Part shown: positions 49,272 to 58,044 of the stretch, piece after piece
Numbering within the stretch: the stretch's first letter is position 1
Layout of the letters: each line of letters opens with the position of its first letter
Source of the DNA: Chloroflexota bacterium
Lineage (GTDB): Bacteria; Chloroflexota; Dehalococcoidia; UBA2979
Reading direction: 5' to 3'
NCBI GenBank assembly: GCA_027593235.1
Contig: JAQCIU010000002.1
Span: forward strand, 64,001-128,000
DNA length: 64,000 nucleotides
Made by a program: the position numbers and the translations under genes
The notes under the pieces: generated by a model
The model's input: the letters and a program-made list of their open reading frames with translations, nothing else
Database searches by the model: none
Told to the model about the DNA's origin: nothing

Positions 49272-51116
49272 ATGCACGACCGACTCGCTCGGCAATTGCG
49301 CGCGCTGGGTATCGAGCCCGAATCCGCGCGGCCGCCTGCCTCCGATCTGGCGGCGCTGCTGGCGGAGGTCGACGAGGCCTACGTCGCGGCGGATGAGGAA
49401 CGAGCGGGGCTGCTCCGTGAGTTGAGCCGGGCAGCCGAGCAGATGCGCCTGCTCTACGTGGAGCAGCAGCAAGCGACCGAGCAACGCTACGAAGAGCTGT
49501 TCGAGAACGCCCACGACATCATCGTGACGATCGGCCTCGATGGCGCGGTTACCTCGGCGAACCGCGCGTGCGAACGGCTGACGGGCTATACGCGCACGGA
49601 GCTGATCGGGCGGCAGTGGCGCTCGCTGGTTGCCCGGGACGATCAGGGAGTCGCGGACGAGATGTTCGCGCGCCAGTTCGGACTGGACGACGGGGAGCTG
49701 CGCTACGAGCTGCGCATGGCAACTCGCCGTGGCCGGCGTGTCCCGATCGAGGTGATCAGCCGGCCGCTGGTCAGTAACGGCAATCCCTACGAGGTGCTGG
49801 CGGTTGGCCGCGATGTCAGCGAGCGACTGGAGCATGAACGACACCTGCAGCGAATGGCGACCCACGACATGCTCACCGGCCTCGCGAACCGGAGCTTGCT
49901 GGAAGAGGAGCTGTTTACGGCGGTTGCTTCCGCCGCGCGAGGCCAGCAAGCGGCGTTGATGCTGATCGACGTCGACAACTTCAAGGCCGTCAACGACACG
50001 CTGGGGCATGGCGCGGGTGACCAGGTGCTGGTGGTGGTGGCCGGGCTGTTGCGACGGAGCACGCCGGGCGCGCTGGTGGCTCGGCTTTCTGCGGACGAGT
50101 TCGCGGTCTTGATGCGAAATCGGACGGTGGACGAGGCGCTCACCAGCGCGGAACGGTTCCGAAACGCACTCCAGCAAACAGACCTGAGCGTCGAGGGCAA
50201 GCTGTGGTACCTCAGCGCCAGCGTGGGTGTCGCGACGATCGATGCCACCTCGACCGTCACCGGGGTGCTGGCGGAGGCTGACGCGGCGATGCAGGCGGCA
50301 AAGCAACAGGGCCGGAACCGGGTGATCTGGTCTGGAACGTTGGAGACGGATCGGACGCCGCATGACAGCGCGCACCGGCAAGCCTCGCTGGTACGGAACG
50401 CCCTGAGCGACGATCGTGTGGAGGTCTACTACCAGCCGATCGTCGACCTCGCGACCTCCGAGGTGAGCCACCATGAGGTGCTGGCGCGCATTCGTATGGC
50501 GAATGGGGAGCTGGCTCAGCCGGGGCTCTTCATGGCAGCGGCCGAGCAGTTTGGTCTGATTGCGCAGCTCGATGCGCGTGTCGCCCGGATCGCACTCGAG
50601 CGCCTGCGTCGAGAGCCGGATCTCCGGCTGTTCATCAACCTGTCATCGTTGAGTCTCCGCGATCAGCAACTGTTCGCGGATCTGGCAACGACGCTGGCGC
50701 AAGAGCCAGCGCTCGGCGCCCAACTCGGCATCGAGATCACCGAGACGGCGGCGGTGCAGGAGATCGGACTGGCGCAACGCTGGATCGAGATGCTGCGTGG
50801 CTACGGCTGCCGCGTCGCGCTCGATGACTTCGGGACCGGGTTCAACTCGCTGACCCTGGTGAAGGAGCTTCCGGTCACGGAGATCAAGATCGACGGATCG
50901 TTCGTGCGGTCGATCGCGACCGACCCGCACCAGCGCGCGGTCGTCGCCGCGATCAAGGTGCTGGCCGATGGGCTGGGGATGGAAACGGTCGCGGAACAGA
51001 TCGAGACGGCGGAACAGCTCGCGATCGTGCGGGAGCTCGGGATTACATACGGGCAGGGCTTCCTGCTGGGTCGGCCGGTTCCGTGTGAACCGCCGGCGGA
51101 CGCGGCCGCCGCCTAA
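49272..51116 (+). CDS. PAS-GGDEF-EAL c-di-GMP enzyme, probable phosphodiesterase
   Basis: PAS, HDMLTGLANR, degenerate SADEF; EVL, INLS, EITE, DDFGTG, KIDGSF, QGF. Confidence 0.92.
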   Translation: MHDRLARQLRALGIEPESARPPASDLAALLAEVDEAYVAADEERAGLLRELSRAAEQMRLLYVEQQQATEQRYEELFENAHDIIVTIGLDGAVTSANRACERLTGYTRTELIGRQWRSLVARDDQGVADEMFARQFGLDDGELRYELRMATRRGRRVPIEVISRPLVSNGNPYEVLAVGRDVSERLEHERHLQRMATHDMLTGLANRSLLEEELFTAVASAARGQQAALMLIDVDNFKAVNDTLGHGAGDQVLVVVAGLLRRSTPGALVARLSADEFAVLMRNRTVDEALTSAERFRNALQQTDLSVEGKLWYLSASVGVATIDATSTVTGVLAEADAAMQAAKQQGRNRVIWSGTLETDRTPHDSAHRQASLVRNALSDDRVEVYYQPIVDLATSEVSHHEVLARIRMANGELAQPGLFMAAAEQFGLIAQLDARVARIALERLRREPDLRLFINLSSLSLRDQQLFADLATTLAQEPALGAQLGIEITETAAVQEIGLAQRWIEMLRGYGCRVALDDFGTGFNSLTLVKELPVTEIKIDGSFVRSIATDPHQRAVVAAIKVLADGLGMETVAEQIETAEQLAIVRELGITYGQGFLLGRPVPCEPPADAAAA

Positions 51117-51751
51117 CCGGCGCTCGAGCCGGTGCTGGCAGCGCTGGCGCTTGCGGCCGGCTGTGACCACCTCGTGACCAGCAGCGCCGCCACCGCGGAG
51201 CCGATCGTGCCAAGCGCGAGATCGCCGAGGGTGTCCTCGTAAGCCGTCGCGAGTTCCGGTGAGTTGCGGATGAAGGCGACGTACTCCGCAAGCTCCCAGC
51301 CGATCGCGGTCACCGCACCAAACCCGATCACCAGGCCGGCGAGCTGCCAGCCGGCGAGGTTCGCTCGTGGCACGAGCAGGCCGGCGCAACCCGAGAGCAA
51401 CGCCCAGTTGAAGAAGTGATTGGCGTCATCCCACCAGGCGAGGGTGTCGTAGAGATCGGCGGCATTGCCCGCGACATCGATCAGGAACGGCGCCGTAATC
51501 AGGATGTCGGACAGCGCCGGGAACGGTCGCCGTCCGGCAATCCGCCAGGCGACCGGGAGTACGAGGACGGCGACGGGGTAGGCGATCAGCCGGCCGCCGA
51601 ACGCCTTGCCCTCGAACTGCTGTAGCCCGCTGAACGCTCCGACCGCCAGCAGCACGACGAGCGCGAGCTTGAGCGCGATATCGAGGGTGAGGAGCGGGCC
51701 GATGCGTGTCATCGGCGGAGTGTCGGCGGTGCGTGTTGATTGCGCCATCAT
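51113..51751 (-). CDS. Integral membrane protein (DUF2238/YjdF-like)
   Basis: 5-6 TM segments, YD..WWDD.NH, WELAEY, DTLGDL; start 51712-51751. Confidence 0.65.
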   Translation of the reverse strand: MMAQSTRTADTPPMTRIGPLLTLDIALKLALVVLLAVGAFSGLQQFEGKAFGGRLIAYPVAVLVLPVAWRIAGRRPFPALSDILITAPFLIDVAGNAADLYDTLAWWDDANHFFNWALLSGCAGLLVPRANLAGWQLAGLVIGFGAVTAIGWELAEYVAFIRNSPELATAYEDTLGDLALGTIGSAVAALLVTRWSQPAASASAASTGSSAG

Positions 51752-51792
51752 GCCCGGTCGGAGGCTCGCCTGGGTTCAGGTCGGTTACTGGC

Positions 51793-51828
51793 GAAAACAT
51801 CACACATCACACATAGCACGATGTTTTC
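51793..51828. promoter_or_regulatory. Inverted repeat enclosing a direct repeat in a divergent intergenic region
   Basis: GAAAACATC-N18-GATGTTTTC, with ACATCAC repeated at the left arm. Confidence 0.5.
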
Positions 51829-51988
51829 AGCCGCGCAGACAGGCACCTGTGTGCATCGCAGGAATGGCGCCCGTTCAGGGTTTACGGGGCCTTTCGACAC
51901 TCGGACTGCATGAGATGACCGTTTGAGGCGGGAGCACCTGAAACCGATCCTCCGATTTCCCCATGACCGTGGACACGCCGCCAATGCG

Positions 51989-53923
51989 ATGGCGGCGAAC
52001 GACGCGCGGTCTCGTCCGTACTTCGCACGGGAACGTGCTGCGCTCCCCGAATTCCTCGGTGGTCAGCGCCCCGCTCCGGAATCACGCGCGCGACAGACGC
52101 TGATCCGAGGGATGGCGTTGCTGACGCTGCTCGTCACGTTCTCGTACCTCACCTGGCGCATCAATTCGACCGTCGACCTCAGCGTGTGGTGGGTCTCAAT
52201 CCCACTGCTGTTCGCAGAGATCCACAGCGCGATCGGGATGGTGCTGTACACAGTGAGCTTGTGGGACCTCGATGGCGGCCCGGCCTGGCGCGCCGTCGAG
52301 GAACCGCCCGGGCGTGTGGCGGTGCTGCTGCCGACCTACCAGGAACCGGTCGAGGTGCTGTTGCCCTCGATCGCCGCGGCGGTCGCGATGCCCGTCCTGC
52401 ACGAGACCTGGGTCCTCGACGACGGCAATCGTCCCGAGGTGAAGCAGCTCGCCGAGGATCTGGGCGCGCGCTATATCGCACGTCCCGAGCACGTCCACGC
52501 CAAGGCGGGCAACCTCAACTACGCGATCGAGCGCATCCCGGCGGACTTCTACGCGTTCTTCGACGCGGATCACGTCGCGCAGCCGGACTTCCTGCGGCAC
52601 ACGCTCGCCTACTTCGATGATCCGCAGGTCTCGATGGTCCAGACGCCACAGGACTTCTACAACCTCGAGTCGTTCGAGCACCAGGGTGTGACGCAGTCGG
52701 ATCGTCGTCCGTACAACGAGGAGTCGGTCTTCTACCGCGTGATCGCGCCTGGCAAGAACCGCTGGCAGGCGGCGTTCTGGTGTGGCACCGGTGCGGTGCT
52801 CCGCGCGACCGCCCTGCGCGAAGTGGGGCTGGTGGCGACGGATTCCGTCACCGAGGACATCCAGACGACGCTGCGGATGAACGCGCTTGGCTGGAAAGCG
52901 GTCTACCACAACGAGGTGTTGGCTCGCGGTCTGGCTCCGAATAACGCATCGCAGTACATGCTGCAGCGCCACCGCTGGGCAATCGGCGCGATGCAGGTGC
53001 TCCGCCAGGAGCGTCCGCTGACCGCACCGGGAATGACGCTCGCTCAGCGAGTGGCGTTCGCGACCACGCTGATGGGCTGGTTCGATTCCTGGCGCACCCT
53101 CGCGTTTATCGTGATCCCGATCGCGGTCGTGTTTACGGGCGCATCGCCGATCGCGGCCGAGGGTTGGGTCTACGGGCCGGCGTTCCTCACCACGTTCCTG
53201 CTGCAGTTCGTTACGCTGCGCCTGTTGGCGCGGGGCTACTACCCCCCGATCGCTTCGCTGATGTTCGAGATGTTGCGGCTGCCGGCCGTGCTGCCAGCCA
53301 CGCTGGCGCTGATCACCGGCGGCCGAGGCGTGCGGTTCATGCCGACGCCGAAGGGTGCATCCGCGACGCGGGCGCGCACGCCGGTTCCGATGCTCCATCG
53401 CGTGCTGCTGGCCGGCTGCGCGCTCGGCATCGGTTGGTACCCGGCGACCGCGCTCGGCTGGACGCCAGTGAGCTACGCGGAGCTGCCGGCGGCGACGGGT
53501 GCGCTCTTCTTCCTGGGGATGAACACGGCGCTGCTGTTAATGGCGGTCCGACGAATCCGCGATCCGCGGTTCGCCGGAAACCGTCGGGCCTCGGTGCGCT
53601 TCTCGGTGCGGCTGTTCGGGGCCTACGGCGGGCTGCGCTGCGAGATCGAAGACCTGTCGCCGACAGGGGCACAGGCACTGCTGATGGACGCTGCCACCGC
53701 CGTGATCGCGCATGAGGCTGAGCTGGACGTCGTGCTTCCAGACGGTGCGGTGGCCCGCGTGACCTGCACCGTCAAGCGCCGTATTCAGCGCGCCGACGGC
53801 ATCGAGCTGGGCCTTGAGTTCGACCCAACGCAGCGGTCGGCCGCCGCCGTGCTGGCGCTGTCGCTGCTACACCGCCGACAGACGGGCCAGGAGCTGGGCG
53901 TCGCGTTCCCGACGGCTGCCTAG
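51989..53923 (+). CDS. Cellulose synthase-like GT2 with C-terminal PilZ domain (BcsA-like)
   Basis: DDG, HAKAGN, DAD, QTPQ, FWCG, TED, QRHRW; PilZ RRASVR and DLSPTG. Confidence 0.9.
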   Translation: MAANDARSRPYFARERAALPEFLGGQRPAPESRARQTLIRGMALLTLLVTFSYLTWRINSTVDLSVWWVSIPLLFAEIHSAIGMVLYTVSLWDLDGGPAWRAVEEPPGRVAVLLPTYQEPVEVLLPSIAAAVAMPVLHETWVLDDGNRPEVKQLAEDLGARYIARPEHVHAKAGNLNYAIERIPADFYAFFDADHVAQPDFLRHTLAYFDDPQVSMVQTPQDFYNLESFEHQGVTQSDRRPYNEESVFYRVIAPGKNRWQAAFWCGTGAVLRATALREVGLVATDSVTEDIQTTLRMNALGWKAVYHNEVLARGLAPNNASQYMLQRHRWAIGAMQVLRQERPLTAPGMTLAQRVAFATTLMGWFDSWRTLAFIVIPIAVVFTGASPIAAEGWVYGPAFLTTFLLQFVTLRLLARGYYPPIASLMFEMLRLPAVLPATLALITGGRGVRFMPTPKGASATRARTPVPMLHRVLLAGCALGIGWYPATALGWTPVSYAELPAATGALFFLGMNTALLLMAVRRIRDPRFAGNRRASVRFSVRLFGAYGGLRCEIEDLSPTGAQALLMDAATAVIAHEAELDVVLPDGAVARVTCTVKRRIQRADGIELGLEFDPTQRSAAAVLALSLLHRRQTGQELGVAFPTAA

Positions 53924-53963
53924 CCGCCGTCCTAACTTCGGCCGGCAGCCGGGGGTTTGCGCC

Positions 53964-54800
53964 CTAGTAGCGACCCTCGGCGAGGTTGATGCGCCGCGGG
54001 TCGAGGTAGCGCAGCATCCGCAGCTCCTCCTCCGAGGGCGCCTCGATAGTTTCGAGGTCCTCCGCCACCAGTAACGGCCAGGGGAGGATCGCATCGATGA
54101 CATCGGGCTCGATGCCAGGGAAGAGCTTGCGCAGCCGAAGCTGGCAACTCCCGGTGGCACCTCGATCGTCGGTGTCGAAGTCGAAGACGCCCATTGTCGT
54201 GACGACGAGGTTCGGCCCCTGCGGATCGAGGCCGGCGGCCGCGCGGGCGCCGGGGCCAGAGATGTAGCCGGGGCTGGTGAGGAACGAGACGCGCTCGGGG
54301 AACCGCCGCGGCTCGAGTGACATCACGGTCAGCACCCGCGGGGCGAGACAGGCCGCGTCCGTGTTGCCGCCAGTTCCTCGGAAGCGGGTCTCGGGGTGGA
54401 AGCGGTCGTCACCGATCATCAGCGCGTTGAGGTTGCCGTAGCGGTCGATCTGAGCGCCGCCCAAGATCGCGAGGTCGACACGACCGCCCATCAGGAGCGA
54501 GCAGAGAGTGTCGACCATGTCGCCGACGTAGGCGGCGCCACGGTTGAGGATCGGGTCGGCGATGCCGTTCGGGGCGTGATCGACCTCCGAGGCGGGCGGG
54601 TCCCAGTCCATCACGCCAACCTCGGTGCAGTAGATCAGCGCCGGGTCGTGGTGGAGCTTCGCGAGCGTGGTGGTGAAGACCGGAAGCCCGAGACCGACGA
54701 AAGCGACGCCCGCCCCTGCCGTCTCGCGCGCGGCCTGGATGCACATCAGCTCGACGAGGGAGTAGTCGGTCGCGCGCGGACTCGGGTGCGTGCTGGTCAC
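53964..54800 (-). CDS. Family I CoA-transferase beta subunit (GctB-like)
   Basis: FVGLGLP, CTEVG catalytic Glu, GGAQIDRYGNLN, GTGGN, FLTSPG. Confidence 0.88.
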   Translation of the reverse strand: MTSTHPSPRATDYSLVELMCIQAARETAGAGVAFVGLGLPVFTTTLAKLHHDPALIYCTEVGVMDWDPPASEVDHAPNGIADPILNRGAAYVGDMVDTLCSLLMGGRVDLAILGGAQIDRYGNLNALMIGDDRFHPETRFRGTGGNTDAACLAPRVLTVMSLEPRRFPERVSFLTSPGYISGPGARAAAGLDPQGPNLVVTTMGVFDFDTDDRGATGSCQLRLRKLFPGIEPDVIDAILPWPLLVAEDLETIEAPSEEELRMLRYLDPRRINLAEGRY

Positions 54801-55780
54801 TGCTGCGCCTTCCAGCCGTAGCGGATGTTTCGCTGCGGCTCCCAGGTCCGGTCCATGCGCAGGCCCTCGAGGGCCTGCGCGCCGTAGACCTCGGCGTGAC
54901 GGGCGAGGAATCCGGCGTGGTCCTCGACGCCGTCGACCCAGCGGTCGATGAACTCGCGGACGCCTTGCTCCGTGCGCATCTTCAACAGGTAGTCGGCCTG
55001 CATCGGGCCGTGCGCGGTGTAGTAGCCGGGGAGGCCCCACGGGGCGGCGCCGAAGGGGAGGTGGACGACGGCGTTCACCATCAGGCCCGGGACGGTCGTA
55101 CGGCCGGGATCGGAGCGAAGCACGCCGCGGGGGACGATCTCCTCGGCGGAGATGATGATCTTCTTCGAGGCCCAGAGGCCCCAGCGCACCTCGCCGTCGC
55201 CGCCCCAGAACGCGGCGTTGCCGTCCTCGTCGGCCCACTGCACGTGGATGCAACTCACGTCGGGCCGCACTGCCGGCAGCGCGACCACCGGCTCGCCGCC
55301 GAAGGGCGAATCGATCACCTTGAGCTTGTCTTCGCCGAGGAAGCCGCCCGGCTGCGGATAGAAGTCCTCGCGCAGGTAGTCGGTACCCAGGAATGAGCGG
55401 GTCGGGATGAACGGGATCCCCAGCGCGCCCGCCATGAACATCATGGCGACGGTCTGGTTCGTGTAGTCCTCGATCTGGAATTCGCCGGCGTGGTAGCGCT
55501 CCATGAACCACGGCGAGCCGGCGCCGAGGGCGTAGGCGGTGATCAGCTTGTTGGCGCAGCCAGCGAGCGGGAGCAGCAGCGATCCGACAGTTGCGATCGC
55601 CGTGAGGTCCCGCTTCCGCTGGCGGGCGATCTCGCGCTCGAAGGCGCCCGCCCAGCTCGTGTAGCCAAGGAAGACGCTGTCGCGATCCTCGACGAAGCGC
55701 GCGACCGCATCGTGCGCCGACATCAGCTTCGAGGGCCGCGCCGACTTGTCCGGGAGCGGGGGGAGTGTCACCTCGGTCAT
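54797..55780 (-). CDS. Family I CoA-transferase alpha subunit (GctA-like)
   Basis: KLMSAHDAV, AGALGIPFIP, PDV..IHVQ.AD..GN, SAEEIV. Confidence 0.88.
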   Translation of the reverse strand: MTEVTLPPLPDKSARPSKLMSAHDAVARFVEDRDSVFLGYTSWAGAFEREIARQRKRDLTAIATVGSLLLPLAGCANKLITAYALGAGSPWFMERYHAGEFQIEDYTNQTVAMMFMAGALGIPFIPTRSFLGTDYLREDFYPQPGGFLGEDKLKVIDSPFGGEPVVALPAVRPDVSCIHVQWADEDGNAAFWGGDGEVRWGLWASKKIIISAEEIVPRGVLRSDPGRTTVPGLMVNAVVHLPFGAAPWGLPGYYTAHGPMQADYLLKMRTEQGVREFIDRWVDGVEDHAGFLARHAEVYGAQALEGLRMDRTWEPQRNIRYGWKAQQ

Positions 55781-55786
55781 TGGCGG

Positions 55787-56584
55787 CTATGCCCGTCCGG
55801 GAGGGGGTGCGTCGCCGCGATCGAAACCGCGACCGATCATCAGCAGGTCCGGGTCACTCCAGGTCACCTGCTGCGGGACCATCATCTGGGCGAGCGCGGT
55901 GGTGGCGGCCTTGGTCGCGGCGATCGAGTACGGGTCCATCGCGAGCAGGCGGTCGGCGGTGGTGAGCACCCGCGACATCAGTTCGCCGTCCTCGACGACG
56001 TGGTTCACGAAGCCCCAGCGCTCGGCGTCTTCGGCGCTGAAGCGATCGCAGAGCATCACCATTTCCTTGGTGCGGGCGGGGCCGATCTCGCGCATCAATC
56101 GCGGCAGCGCGTTCCACGTAAGCGGGATGTCCAGCTCCACCTCGGGGATCGAAAACCAGGCCGATCGTGCCGCAAAGCGGAGATCGAGGCAGCTCGCGAA
56201 GACGACCGCGCCGCCGACGGTAAGGCCGTTGATCGCGCCGATCGTGACCTGCGGCAGGTTCTCGAGGGCGGCCGAGCTGCGATTGCCCATGGTGCTGGCA
56301 ATGCGCGCGGCGGCCGCCTCCGCGACGGGGGTGCGGGTGCCGACGGCGCGTCGTGCCTCGCCGATGTTTGGCGCACTGCCGAGGTCCGCTCCGGCGGAGA
56401 AGGCGCGGCCGTTGCCGGTGAGGACCACCACGCGGGCATCGCCATCGGTCGTGAGCTGGTGGCAGAGGTCCTGCAGCTCCTGGTGCATCTGGTTGTTGAT
56501 CGCGTTGAGCTTCTCGGGCCGGTTAAGCCGGATGATCACGAGGCCGGGGCGATCATCAGGTCGTTCGACCGCGAGCGTGTCCAT
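55787..56584 (-). CDS. Enoyl-CoA hydratase/isomerase
   Basis: LNRPEKLNA, GRAFSAGADL, AING..VGG, PEV. Confidence 0.92.
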   Translation of the reverse strand: MDTLAVERPDDRPGLVIIRLNRPEKLNAINNQMHQELQDLCHQLTTDGDARVVVLTGNGRAFSAGADLGSAPNIGEARRAVGTRTPVAEAAAARIASTMGNRSSAALENLPQVTIGAINGLTVGGAVVFASCLDLRFAARSAWFSIPEVELDIPLTWNALPRLMREIGPARTKEMVMLCDRFSAEDAERWGFVNHVVEDGELMSRVLTTADRLLAMDPYSIAATKAATTALAQMMVPQQVTWSDPDLLMIGRGFDRGDAPPPGRA

Positions 56585-56655
56585 GGCGTGTCCTCCCGCC
56601 GCCGTGGGGGCGACGGGCGAACTATACCGAGCGCCGCGCGGATGGTCGGCGAGCG

Positions 56656-57129
56656 CTAGCTGATCGGCCCGACGATGTGCGGATCGGGGCCCGGGTCGCG
56701 CCCTTCGGCGCGCACCGCCAGCCGCTCGATGTAGTGGAGCCAGCCGAAGCGGGTCTGCTCCTCCAGTTCGGGGATCTCGATGCGGTGCGTCAGGCGCAGG
56801 CGTGTGCCGCTGCCCTCGGGTGTCAGTTCGACCTCGACGGTGCTCGCGCCCGGCGGCACCGGGTAGGGCGCGTCGTCGCCGCCTTCCCAGCCCCAGGTGA
56901 AGACGAGCCGGCGGGGGGCGATCACCTCGATGAACTCGCCGGAGATCCAGCCATCACCTCGGATGTCGATGCGGAAGGCGCCGCCGGGATGCGCCTCGAT
57001 GGTCGCGTCCACACCCTGCCAGCTCAGCCACGCTTCGCGGGTGTGGAACAGAGCGAAGACGGTCTCCGGGCGGGCCTCGATATATCGCTCGACGACGGCG
57101 GCGCCGTCCTCGCTCCGTGCACTGGTCAT
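56656..57129 (-). CDS. SRPBCC (AHSA1-like) domain protein
   Basis: PPETVF-like motif, RRLVFTWGW, GTRLRLTH, GW. Confidence 0.9.
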   Translation of the reverse strand: MTSARSEDGAAVVERYIEARPETVFALFHTREAWLSWQGVDATIEAHPGGAFRIDIRGDGWISGEFIEVIAPRRLVFTWGWEGGDDAPYPVPPGASTVEVELTPEGSGTRLRLTHRIEIPELEEQTRFGWLHYIERLAVRAEGRDPGPDPHIVGPIS

Positions 57130-57452
57130 CAGCGTTGCTCCGGCGGCTGATCGCTGTGGCGTTCGGCGAGCTCGGCGATGCGGGCGAGCCGCTCGATGTC
57201 ATCGGTCCACATCGACTGCAGGGCGCCCGTGATCTCGGCCAGCCGCTGGCGGTTGGTGCGGTAGAGGCGGCTGCGGCCGTCGCGGCGGACCTCGACGACC
57301 CCGATCTCAAGCAGGCGCGCGAGGTGCTGCGAGACTGCGGAGAAGGACACGCCGACCTGCGCGGCGATGTCGCCGGCGGCCAGTTCGGCATCGCCGAGGA
57401 TGCTCAGGATTTCGCGACGACGAGGTTCGGTGACGGTCTGCAGGGGGTCCAT
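57129..57452 (-). CDS. ArsR/SmtB family regulator
   Basis: EPRRREIL, AVSQHL, RDGRSRLY; TGATG coupling to the SRPBCC gene. Confidence 0.92.
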   Translation of the reverse strand: MDPLQTVTEPRRREILSILGDAELAAGDIAAQVGVSFSAVSQHLARLLEIGVVEVRRDGRSRLYRTNRQRLAEITGALQSMWTDDIERLARIAELAERHSDQPPEQR

Positions 57453-57456
57453 GCGG

Positions 57457-57519
57457 ACATTTTAGTCACGGTTGAAATGAATCCGCCAGTCACATACTCT
57501 TCAGTCATCACTAAAATGT
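57457..57519. promoter_or_regulatory. Mirror-image divergent promoters/operators for arsR and the second SRPBCC gene
   Basis: ACATTTTAGTCACGGTTGAA (57457-57476) and TTCAGTCATCACTAAAATGT (57500-57519) are inverted at 16/20; each contains a TAAAAT -10 box. Confidence 0.75.
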
Positions 57520-57542
57520 TGTGTCATGAGGGGATGGTTGAG

Positions 57543-57974
57543 ATGGCAGGGGAGATCTTGTTCACGGTGGACGTGAATGCGGAGCCGGTCGCGGTCCTTC
57601 GCGCGCTGACCAGCGTGCAGGGCATCCGGTCGTGGTGGACCGATCGCTGCGATGGCGACGGAGCGGCAGGCGGCACGATCAAGCCGGCGTTACCGGTGGC
57701 GCCGATGCCGTTCGAGCTGCACGTCGACGGCGCGACAGACTCGAGTGTGCGTTGGACCTCGACGGGTGGGTTTCCGCCACACTGGGCCGGATCGCAGGTG
57801 AGCTGGGACGTGGTGGCCAATCCGGATGGGCCTGGCGTGCTGGTGAACTTCAAGCACGCGGGCTTCCCGAGTGACGACGGGATCGGCATGGTCGCCTACA
57901 CCTGGGGTCAGCTCATGACCTCGCTCAAGGCGTACGCGGAATCAGGCTCCGCCGCGCCGCTCTTCAAGCACTAG
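57543..57974 (+). CDS. SRPBCC domain protein
   Basis: ALTSVQGIRSWWT, VRW, FKHAGF, TWGQLM.SLKAYAESG. Confidence 0.88.
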   Translation: MAGEILFTVDVNAEPVAVLRALTSVQGIRSWWTDRCDGDGAAGGTIKPALPVAPMPFELHVDGATDSSVRWTSTGGFPPHWAGSQVSWDVVANPDGPGVLVNFKHAGFPSDDGIGMVAYTWGQLMTSLKAYAESGSAAPLFKH

Positions 57975-58044
57975 CGACGCGTTGCGTCGCCCCCGTTGCG
58001 TTGCCGGCGTCGCTAGGATGGCGCCGGTAGCGCGAGGGGGCGTG

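Noticed and set aside
51760-51830. ZTP or c-di-GMP riboswitch (GTTACTGGCG, CGCCTGGG) upstream of the synthase
   Set aside because: The elements are in the wrong order and the core GGTGG/CCAC or GCAAA motifs are missing
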